Positions 1 through 7,958 of a DNA stretch of 21,977 nt are shown one piece after another (position 1 is the first letter of the stretch; every line of letters starts with the position of its first letter). A model generated the notes under the pieces. The model did no database searches. It was not told the DNA's origin and worked only from the letters and a program-made list of their open reading frames with translations. The DNA is taken from NCBI GenBank assembly GCA_031425655.1, contig JANPJS010000041.1:1-21977 (forward strand), given 5' to 3'. The DNA comes from Abditibacteriaceae bacterium. GTDB taxonomy: Bacteria > Armatimonadota > Abditibacteriia > Abditibacteriales > Abditibacteriaceae. Both the position numbers and the translations under genes were made by a program.

Positions 1-58
1 CGGGGCGCAGTTGGCGAAGTTGCGCCACAAAGGTAGCATAAAGTTGGTTGCTCGACAT
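1..58 (-). CDS. 5' fragment of a gene leaving the window; probable IS4-family transposase N-terminus
   Basis: ATG at 58 (minus) preceded by AAGGAG RBS. Translation MSSNQLYATFVAQLRQLRP is open to the window edge and, from recall, resembles N-termini of IS4-family transposases (..LY..[W/F]..RI/QLRQLRP..). Only 19 codons are visible. Confidence 0.55.
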   Translation of the reverse strand, partial: MSSNQLYATFVAQLRQLRP

Positions 59-137
59 TGGTTTCTCCTTGAAGATGCCCTATCTCTCAAGGATTCCAAC
101 TGTCGGGCAACCGTTCCCCAAACTGTCCGGTAGGTAG
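1..137 (-). mobile_element. Left end of a putative IS4-family insertion sequence (candidate terminal IR 120-137)
   Basis: CTACCTACCGGACAGTTT (minus, 137-120) lies about 60 bp upstream of the transposase-like start. The AACTGTC motif occurs twice (98-104, 121-127). The partner IR is outside the window. Confidence 0.45.
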
Positions 138-450
138 ATTCTATTTTTGTCCCGAACAGAGCCTGTGTTATCGGTTCGGCCTGTGACAAATTGTTCTTGG
201 CGACCTTTACAATGTTAAGCATTGTCAGCTTACGGTTGCCGATTTAGTGCGGTAGTCCTCAAAAACGCGGAAACTAACCCGCAGTTTGCAGCGGGAATTA
301 ACCGCTGACTCAGTGAAGGTCTGGCGCAGAAAGAAACCGATGTATGTTCCCCGAACCACGGCTGAAAAAATAAAGTTTTCAGAGCGGACTTATCCGGACT
401 TCATAACGACAAACCTAATTTCAATCAGGAGCATCGAAGAATCCTTACAA

Positions 451-1161
451 ATGAAAACCTCTCTTTCCATTTTCGCCGTGACCGGGTTGGCTCTGAGCGT
501 TGTATCGGGCGTTGCCCTTGTGCGCGCGGATGACGCCAAGTCTGCGCCCGATAGCCGCTATAAGGTCGCGGAGCCACCGGCCAACTATCCCGAAGACGTG
601 CGTGAGGCGCTGAAAAAAGTGGCCCTCCCGCCGCCGCCCGCAGGCGCCACGCCGGACAAAGTGCGCGTCAAAATGGAAACCTCACGCGGCCCGATTACGC
701 TCGAACTCGACGGCAAGGCCGCGCCGCTGCACGTCAAGAGCTTCGCTTATCTGGCGCAGAAGGGCTTCTACAACGGCACACATTTCCATCGCCACGCCGA
801 TTTGCTGGGCGACGATCAGGGCTGGATCATCCAGGGCGGTGATCCGCTCACTAAAGCGCCGGAGACGAAACAATACTCCGGCATCGGCGGGCCGGGCTAC
901 GCGATTCCACGCGAGCGCAACAGCCTGACCCACAAAAAGTTGGTCATCGCCATGGCGCGCAGCAGCGACCCCGATTCGGCGGGCAGCCAGTTCTACATCA
1001 CCCAGGCTCCGGTGTCGTTTCTGGATCAAGGCGCCGGCTACACCGTCTTCGGCGCGGTCGTTGACGGTGCGGACAACGCCCTCAAACTGACCAAAGATGA
1101 CGAGATCAAAAGCGTGACCGTCGAAGCACTTGCCTCGCCAGCCACGGCGCCAAAGCAATGA
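451..1161 (+). CDS. Exported cyclophilin-type peptidyl-prolyl cis-trans isomerase
   Basis: Cyclophilin motifs GFYNGTHFHR, IIQGGDP, AMARSSDPDSAGSQFYIT and YTVFG. Start at ATG 451 is preferred over 286 because it gives a Sec signal peptide (MKTSLSIFAVTGLALSVVSGVALVRA-DD). Confidence 0.93.
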   Translation: MKTSLSIFAVTGLALSVVSGVALVRADDAKSAPDSRYKVAEPPANYPEDVREALKKVALPPPPAGATPDKVRVKMETSRGPITLELDGKAAPLHVKSFAYLAQKGFYNGTHFHRHADLLGDDQGWIIQGGDPLTKAPETKQYSGIGGPGYAIPRERNSLTHKKLVIAMARSSDPDSAGSQFYITQAPVSFLDQGAGYTVFGAVVDGADNALKLTKDDEIKSVTVEALASPATAPKQ

Positions 1162-1193
1162 AATCAACAATTCCGCTGTGGAAAGGCATAACG

Positions 1194-2498
1194 ATGAGAA
1201 CGATTCGCCTGAGAACGATTTTTCTGCTGGCGATGCTGCTCAGCGTGGCCGTTAGCCACGCTGACGAGCCTGCACTTACGGTGAAACCAAATGATGTCTG
1301 GGTGATGGCCGGCGACAGCATAACGGCTCAACGCCTGCACAGTAACTTCATCGAGGCCTTCTACCGAACGCGCTATCCCAATCTCAATCTGCACTTTCGC
1401 AACTCCGGCATCGGCGGCAATCGCACCAATCATATTCTGGCGCGCTTCGACTATGACGTGGCGGCTTGGAAACCAACGATTGTCAGCATCGAATTGGGCA
1501 TGAACGATGTTGGCGGAGGCGATGATCCGAAGGGCTACATTGATGGGATGCGCCAACTCATCCAGAAAATCCGCGCGCTGCCTGCCCAGCCTGTGCTTAT
1601 CTCGTCCAGCCCGGTGAACGATGGCAGTCTGCCGGATCAATGGAAATCCGACCGCTGCCGACGGCTGCACCCTTACACCGAGGCACTCCAGAAGCTCGCC
1701 GCTGAGGAGAAAGTCGTTTTCGTGGACCAATATCATCCGCTGCTGGTGCTGTGGGGCAACAACAAACTCCCGCCCGAACCCGCCGCTGCGGCCCCTGCCG
1801 TGACGCCGCCTGCCGTAACGACGCCTACTGCGCCCGCCGCGCCCGTTCCCCCCACTGCTCCAGTGCGCCCGCGACCGCCAGCCGACCGGATTCCTCTGGG
1901 CGGCGATCCCGTGCATCCCGGCGATGTCGGCCAATATACGATGGCGGCTACCATTCTGGCCGCGCTCAAAGTTGACCGTGAAGTGAGTGCCGCAACGGTG
2001 CGAGCCGATGGCACCGTAGTCGAGGTCAAGCGGTGCAAAATTTCCGATGCGGCCCGGCGCGATGGCAAGTTGACTTTTACGCGCCTTGACGAAGCCGGGC
2101 CGTGGCCGATTGCGCTCCGCGCTCGCGCCGCCCTCGACCTAATGCCCGCTATGGCCGACCTTTCTCGCTACACCCTGACGGTGCCTGACCTGGCGCCGGG
2201 CCGCTATCGCGTGGCGATCAACGGTCAACCGGCGGCGGTGCTCACCGAGAAGGAATTGGCCGCCGGCTGGAACATGACCACCGTCTTTCAGGGCGCACTG
2301 GCGGAGCGTTCCACCACCATCCTCGGTTTGATTCGAAAACTTCAGACTGGTCTCAATCAGGAGTGGCGAGCCGCCAGCAAGGCAAAAGATCAGGCAAAGC
2401 TCGACGCCGCCCAAAAGGCGATAGAAGAATGCGAAACGCAACTTCAAGCCGCCTGCCAACCGCAGCCGCTGCGCTTTGAAATTGAGATGGAGAAATGA
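1194..2498 (+). CDS. Secreted SGNH/GDSL-family hydrolase (esterase/lipase-like) with C-terminal extension
   Basis: Blocks GDSIT, NSGIGG, ELGMND and DPVHP (DxxH). Signal peptide ends ..AVSHA-DE. ATG 1194 has a GAAAGG RBS; the alternative start at 1158 overlaps the cyclophilin stop (ATGA). Confidence 0.9.
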   Translation: MRTIRLRTIFLLAMLLSVAVSHADEPALTVKPNDVWVMAGDSITAQRLHSNFIEAFYRTRYPNLNLHFRNSGIGGNRTNHILARFDYDVAAWKPTIVSIELGMNDVGGGDDPKGYIDGMRQLIQKIRALPAQPVLISSSPVNDGSLPDQWKSDRCRRLHPYTEALQKLAAEEKVVFVDQYHPLLVLWGNNKLPPEPAAAAPAVTPPAVTTPTAPAAPVPPTAPVRPRPPADRIPLGGDPVHPGDVGQYTMAATILAALKVDREVSAATVRADGTVVEVKRCKISDAARRDGKLTFTRLDEAGPWPIALRARAALDLMPAMADLSRYTLTVPDLAPGRYRVAINGQPAAVLTEKELAAGWNMTTVFQGALAERSTTILGLIRKLQTGLNQEWRAASKAKDQAKLDAAQKAIEECETQLQAACQPQPLRFEIEMEK

Positions 2499-3123
2499 CC
2501 GTAGCCAGCGCATCAGACAGGCTAATCCATGCAAGCAAGCGCCAACACGTCCAGAAGTAGTCCTGATTGATGAACGACAATAATTCTTCCCGACGTATTG
2601 CCTCATATAAAAATCGAACTACTGGGGCGATTTTGTTTTTCCGCCCTTTCTACCACGGGCCGCGCCGCATCGGCGAAAAAACTGTTCCAGAGTGTGTCGT
2701 CGGAATACAGGTGCGTTCCCGAAAGTGCGCCGGAAGGCGGCGGGGCGCTGAGTTCCTCCTGACAGACAGGGGACGGGCTTTCTCTGGCTTGCCCGGTAAC
2801 CAAATTGTTCGCTCCGGCCAGCGTTTGGAATCAGCGGCGGGCGCGGAATCGTGTTCGCCTGTGCGCCAAACCCGGCGTGTCGCCAAGCGGCAAGGCCATC
2901 AGTCCCAATGCCACTAAGCGACGTCGGTGCATGGGAATCTTTGCATAAGCGCGTAGGTTCAAAATGGAGGGCCTATTTCGCGCCTGCATACGCTGGAGAT
3001 TTGGACGGCGCCAACGCGCGTATGTAAGCCCGGCGCAGGCAAAGCACTTAGCAGCGATTTTTCGGCGACGTTGACCTCGCGCGCACCGCACAAGAGTTTT
3101 TTATGTGGATTGCAGCGGCGGAT

Positions 3124-4602
3124 TTACACAAGAATTTCCGAGACCACGCGCCCGCCAAGATCGGTGAGACGGAAATCGCGCCCGTTGTGGCGGTAGGTGA
3201 GTTTTTCGTGATTGAGGCCCAGCAGGTGCAGAATGGTCGCGTGCAAGTCGTTGACATGCACCCGGTTTTCCACGGCCTTGTAACCAAATTCGTCGGTCGC
3301 TCCGAAGTGGCAGCCGCCTTTGACTCCACCGCCGGCCATCCACAGGGTGAAGCCGTTGGGGTTGTGATCGCGACCAACGGTGCCTTGAGAATCGGAAGTG
3401 CGGCCAAACTCGCCGCCCCAGATAACCAGCGTGTCGTTAAGCAGGCCACGGGCAGCGAGGTCGGTGAGCAGCGCAGCGGCGGGTTGATCGGTGGCAGCGC
3501 CGCAAGCGAGATGATTGGTTTCGATGTTGTTATGCCCATCCCAGGGCACGTCGTCTACGGCGCCGTCGCCGTTGGCGTTTTTGCCGGCGAATATCTGCAC
3601 GAAACGCACACCGCGCTCCACGAGCCGCCGCGCGGTCAGGCATTGGCGGGCAAAGACTTCGCAGTTTTTATTGTCGAGGCCATAAAGTTTTTTGGTGGCC
3701 TCGCTTTCTTGATTGATGTCGAGAGCCTCCGGCGCCGCAGTTTGCATACGATAAGCCAACTCGAAGGAGTTGATGCGCGCGGCGAGGTCGCTTTGTGAAG
3801 AGCGCTGTTGCGCGTGCTGATCGTTCATTTCTTTGAGCAAATCTAACGTGGCCCGCTGCTGCTCGGCGCTTTCCGACTGGTGCCGCGCGAGATTGTCAAT
3901 AACACCATTGCGTCGCGCATCCAGAGCAAGGGCCTGATAAGACTTGGGGAGAAAACCAGCCGACCAAATCTGGTCGTCGCCACGGGGCCGCCGCTCGTGC
4001 ATGACCACGAAGGCGGGCAGGTTTTGGTTTTCGGTGCCCAGTCCATAGGTGAGCCACGCTCCGGCACTGGGGCGACCGGGCAGGCTGTCTCCGCACATCA
4101 GTTCCATAGAGGCCGGAGCGTGGTTGTTGGCCTTGAGAAACATCGAATGGATAAAGGCCATTTTGTCCACATGCTGTGAGAGATGTGGAAAAATCGAAGA
4201 CACCCAACTGCCGGATTCGCCGTGCTGTTTCCAGTCGAAGGGCGATTTCAAAATCTTGCCGCTGGTGGTGAAAAAGCCGGTTTTGGAATCGCTGCCCGGC
4301 AAAGGTTCTCCATTGCGTTTCTGAAGCTCTGGTTTGTAATCCCAGGTGTCCATCTGCGAAGGCGCGCCGGTCATGAAGAGCCAGATCACGGATTTAGCGC
4401 GCGGTGCAAACATAGGAGGGCGCGCGGCCAGCGGATTGTTTGCCGCCACAGCCGCCGAAACAGACTTGGTAGGAGCCGCTTTGGCCTGTTGATCTTGCAG
4501 CAAGGCAGCTAATGCCAGCGAGCCGAAGCCAAGTCCGCTGCGTTTCAGGAACTGGCGCCGTGAGGGCAGGGCGACATCAGAAGGGATTTGGTCTTTAAAC
4601 AT
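3124..4602 (-). CDS. DUF1501 family protein (sulfatase-like), Tat signal
   Basis: SRRQFL twin-arginine motif, [74 protein letters not shown] precedes ATG 4602. Confidence 0.93.
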   Translation of the reverse strand: MFKDQIPSDVALPSRRQFLKRSGLGFGSLALAALLQDQQAKAAPTKSVSAAVAANNPLAARPPMFAPRAKSVIWLFMTGAPSQMDTWDYKPELQKRNGEPLPGSDSKTGFFTTSGKILKSPFDWKQHGESGSWVSSIFPHLSQHVDKMAFIHSMFLKANNHAPASMELMCGDSLPGRPSAGAWLTYGLGTENQNLPAFVVMHERRPRGDDQIWSAGFLPKSYQALALDARRNGVIDNLARHQSESAEQQRATLDLLKEMNDQHAQQRSSQSDLAARINSFELAYRMQTAAPEALDINQESEATKKLYGLDNKNCEVFARQCLTARRLVERGVRFVQIFAGKNANGDGAVDDVPWDGHNNIETNHLACGAATDQPAAALLTDLAARGLLNDTLVIWGGEFGRTSDSQGTVGRDHNPNGFTLWMAGGGVKGGCHFGATDEFGYKAVENRVHVNDLHATILHLLGLNHEKLTYRHNGRDFRLTDLGGRVVSEILV

Positions 4603-4619
4603 GAACTGAATACTCCTGG

Positions 4620-7600
4620 CTAATCCACGTAAATGAACTCGTTGAGGCACAGCAGCGCGTGGCAGAACTCGCGCATGGCCTGTGTGCCCGCGTCGGGCTT
4701 GTCGCCGAGCAAGCGGGTTTGCTGCGCGATGAAGGCTTTCATGCGTTGCATCTCGCCCGCGTTGGGGAGACGAGCAAACACGATTTCATAAGCCTTGCTG
4801 ATGCTGGCTTCGGTGCTGTCCGGTTTCGTGGCCATAACGCGATCCAGCAACTGGGCGGCGAGGCGATGCACAAGGGGCGAATTCATCACGGCTAAGGCCT
4901 GTGAAGGCACCGTGGTATTGCCGCGATCTCCGATGCTCTGCGTTGGCTCCGGCGCATCGAACATGGTCATAAAAGGCACCAGTTCGCTGCGTTTGACGCG
5001 CAGGTAAACACTGCGGCGTCCGCTTTCGTTGTTTGCTTCGGAAGGGCCATACATTTTGGAATCAAGCTGGCCGCCCACCTGTAGCAAAGCATCGCGGATG
5101 GCTTCAGCTTCAAGGCGCCGCGCCGGGCGTTGCGCCCACAAGCGATTGTCGGGGTCAATCTTCGCGGCGGCGGGGTTTATGGCGCCGGACTGCGTGTAAA
5201 CGTTGCTCAACATTATCAGGCGATGGATAGGTTTGAGCTTCCAGCCGTTTTTGACAAGCTCAGCGGCAAGCCAGTCCAGCAGTTCGGGATGCGTTGGCTT
5301 CTCGCCTTGCAATCCAAAATCGTTGCCGGTGGGCACTAAGCCGCGACCAAAATGCTGGCGCCACAGGCGGTTTACGATCACGCGAGCCAGTAGCAGCCCG
5401 CCGCCGGCTTCGGAATCGGTCATCCAGTTGGCGAGCGAGAGGCGCGGATGCACGGCGGGTTTTTGCGGTTCTGCCGGAGGCAGCCAGCGCTTTTCGGCGT
5501 CGCCGGAGCGCATCAGCACTTGAATAAAATTGGGGTTGGCTTTTCCGTCTTTGCGATCTACCTCGCCACGGCGCAAGAAAAACACGTCGCCCCCGCCGCT
5601 GGCGGTGGTGTAAATCTCCGTCAACACGGGCTGAGGACGCTTCTTCTGGTGTTCGGTCAGAGCGGCGGTGAGCTGCTGGGCGCGTTCGTCGAAGCGGCTA
5701 AACCAGCGCGTCATCGCGTCCTGCGCGGCCTTGGCCTCGATCAGCGCATGAATCTCGCGCAGGTTTTGCATATCTTGCGCGTCGGCCAATTGAGCTTCGG
5801 CGGTGCCGTTGGCAAACGACAGCTTCATGCGCCCCAGCCCGAAGTGGCCGCTGAAGCGCAGTTGAAATTCAAACTCGGTGCCGCCCTCGAAGCCGGCGGC
5901 ATCGCCATCAACGAGAAAAATCCCCGCGTGGTCTTTGCCCATCTGCGGGTGAACGGCCCAGCCGCTACCCTGGTTGTCGTCGAGCGCCGTGACGAACTCG
6001 TGCCCCTTTTGCTCGAACGAAAACGCGCCGGGTTTGAGCTTGAGCGTCACGGGTTTGGCGGGGTTTTTGGCATCGAGCGGCTTGACGATGATCTTCACGT
6101 CGGCCAGCACGAAGTTGCCGTTGTCGGAGAGTCCGGGGCCTTTGTTGGGCAGCGCCGGGTCGCTGAGCGCATCGAGGCGAAAGGCGCGCACGCCGGTTTG
6201 CTGCGTCACGGCTTTCACGGTGTAAATGTCGTCGTTGGTCTTGTTTCCGGTGTAAACGATGTGACCATCGAGATCGGTTACGAGGGTGGCGCTTTGAGCT
6301 GTGACCGACTGGATAGCGAAGACTTGCCACGGCGCCGTGGATTGTAATTTGGGCAACTGATCGCGCTGCCAATCGGCAAAGCGCCCGGCCAATTCCTCGG
6401 CCTCAAACTTTTTTAAAGCCGCCAGCAAAGTGGCGCCGGACTGGTCGTGTTCGGCCAATTTGCGCTGCGTCTCGGCGGCATTGAAATCTATTTTGGTTTG
6501 CGAATGCACTGTGGTCGCCAGCGCGGCGGCGAGACCATAATAATCGCGTTGCGGCAGCGGGTCGAATTTGTGATCGTGACAACGCGCGCAGGCCATTGTC
6601 AACCCCAAAAAGCCGCTGCCGATGGTGGAAACCATGTCATCAATTTGGTCGTAGCGAATTTTTTCTTCGGTTTTCGCGGTAATTTGCCCCGGATACGGCC
6701 CGGCAACTAAAAAGCCCGCCGCACTGGCGCCGTCGTATTCGCCGGGTTTGATCTGGTCGCCCGCAAGCTGCATCCGCACGAAGGCATCGTAGGGCATATC
6801 GTCGTTGAGCGCTTTAATAACCCAGTCGCGATAATGATAAGCCCCCGGACGGAAACCATCGAACTCATAACCGCCGCTTTCGGCGTAACGCACCACGTCC
6901 AGCCAGTGACGGCCCCATCGCTCGCCGTAACGAGGGCTTTCCAGCAAGCGGTCCAGGACTTTATCGTAAGCAGCGGGGCTGTTGTCGTTCAAAAAGGCCG
7001 CGCGCTCCTCCGGCGTAGGGGCCAGGCCGGTAAGATCGAAAGTCGCGCGACGCAGCAGCTTTTCTTTGCTTGCAACCGGGTTGGGCGTAATTCCGGCGGC
7101 TGCCAACCGCGCTAGAATGAAAGCATCAATGGGCGTGCGGGCCGTAGTTTTCTTCACAACAGGCACGGCGGGCTGCGTTAGAGGCTTGAAAGCCCACCAC
7201 TGCTTGCCTTTTTCAACATTGATCGTGTGGTGGACAGGAGCAATTGGTGCGGCGGCTCCGCGCGGATCGGGTGCGCCCATCTCAATCCACTTCGTGAGGT
7301 CGGTAATGACGCTTTCGGGCAATTTGCCGGTGGGTGGCATCTCCGCGCCTTTGATTTCGTGTCGAATGACTTTGAGCAGCAAACTTTCCTGCGGCTTGCC
7401 CGGCACCAGCGCGGGGCCGGATTCGCCTCCAGTCAGAAGACCTTGCCGACTGTCCACAAACAGGCCCGCTTTGAGCTTGCCCTTTTCCTTGGCCGCCGTC
7501 GAATGGCAGCTATAGCATTGTTCTGCCAGCACCGGGCGCACCTTATTTTCAAAAAAGGCCAGTTGCTCCGGCGAAATTGTAGTCACGCCGTCTGCCGCGT

Positions 7601-7655
7601 GCGTGGTCGTGGATATAAGCAGCAAAGCCGAAAGGTAAGTCAGAGCAAGTTTCAT
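4620..7655 (-). CDS. PSD1/planctomycete cytochrome c protein (PSCyt1 + DUF1549 + DUF1553)
   Basis: FFENKVRPVLAEQCYSCH, LLRRATFDLTGLAPT, YGERWGRHWLDVVRYAES, CARCHDHKFDP, PTHPELLDWLA, RRLEAEAIRD, NEFIYVD C-terminus; Sec signal peptide. Confidence 0.93.
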   Translation of the reverse strand: MKLALTYLSALLLISTTTHAADGVTTISPEQLAFFENKVRPVLAEQCYSCHSTAAKEKGKLKAGLFVDSRQGLLTGGESGPALVPGKPQESLLLKVIRHEIKGAEMPPTGKLPESVITDLTKWIEMGAPDPRGAAAPIAPVHHTINVEKGKQWWAFKPLTQPAVPVVKKTTARTPIDAFILARLAAAGITPNPVASKEKLLRRATFDLTGLAPTPEERAAFLNDNSPAAYDKVLDRLLESPRYGERWGRHWLDVVRYAESGGYEFDGFRPGAYHYRDWVIKALNDDMPYDAFVRMQLAGDQIKPGEYDGASAAGFLVAGPYPGQITAKTEEKIRYDQIDDMVSTIGSGFLGLTMACARCHDHKFDPLPQRDYYGLAAALATTVHSQTKIDFNAAETQRKLAEHDQSGATLLAALKKFEAEELAGRFADWQRDQLPKLQSTAPWQVFAIQSVTAQSATLVTDLDGHIVYTGNKTNDDIYTVKAVTQQTGVRAFRLDALSDPALPNKGPGLSDNGNFVLADVKIIVKPLDAKNPAKPVTLKLKPGAFSFEQKGHEFVTALDDNQGSGWAVHPQMGKDHAGIFLVDGDAAGFEGGTEFEFQLRFSGHFGLGRMKLSFANGTAEAQLADAQDMQNLREIHALIEAKAAQDAMTRWFSRFDERAQQLTAALTEHQKKRPQPVLTEIYTTASGGGDVFFLRRGEVDRKDGKANPNFIQVLMRSGDAEKRWLPPAEPQKPAVHPRLSLANWMTDSEAGGGLLLARVIVNRLWRQHFGRGLVPTGNDFGLQGEKPTHPELLDWLAAELVKNGWKLKPIHRLIMLSNVYTQSGAINPAAAKIDPDNRLWAQRPARRLEAEAIRDALLQVGGQLDSKMYGPSEANNESGRRSVYLRVKRSELVPFMTMFDAPEPTQSIGDRGNTTVPSQALAVMNSPLVHRLAAQLLDRVMATKPDSTEASISKAYEIVFARLPNAGEMQRMKAFIAQQTRLLGDKPDAGTQAMREFCHALLCLNEFIYVD

Positions 7656-7812
7656 GGTGTTGCAGTCGAATGTGGATTAGACAAAGCCAGAAGAAAAAAA
7701 TGGCTAACTTGCGATTTGCACAAGTCGTATTCTTTCTTGGTAGTTGCCAAACTCACAGACAAAGGTGTTCGCCTTAGTTTCTCATGTCTCTTGGCTTATT
7801 GGCAGCTATAGG

Positions 7813-7890
7813 TTCCTGCCCACGCTCATAGGGCAAATCCGTGAAACACCGAAGAATCCTAATGCGTTTGCCCTGTTCCTGCCCACGCTC
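7813..7890. mobile_element. Miniature (about 47 bp, 7829-7875) ISAs1-like scar flanked by a 15-bp direct repeat
   Basis: TTCCTGCCCACGCTC occurs at 7813-7827 and 7876-7890. The insert starts TAGGGCAAA and ends TTTGCCCTG. 7851-7875 matches 13912-13936 at 23/25 positions. Confidence 0.7.
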
Positions 7891-7958
7891 CGAATGCCCA
7901 TGCGCTCGGTGCCGACCAGTGAGTAAACTGGCCTTTTCACTTTGACTCGCTATTTTAT

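Noticed and set aside
286..450. N-terminal extension of the cyclophilin ORF in the track
   Set aside because: Starts at TTG, is AT-rich and non-coding-like, and would bury the signal peptide that begins at ATG 451.
2567..2917. 116-aa plus-strand ORF
   Set aside because: Arg-rich, no recognisable motif or RBS; not supported as a gene.
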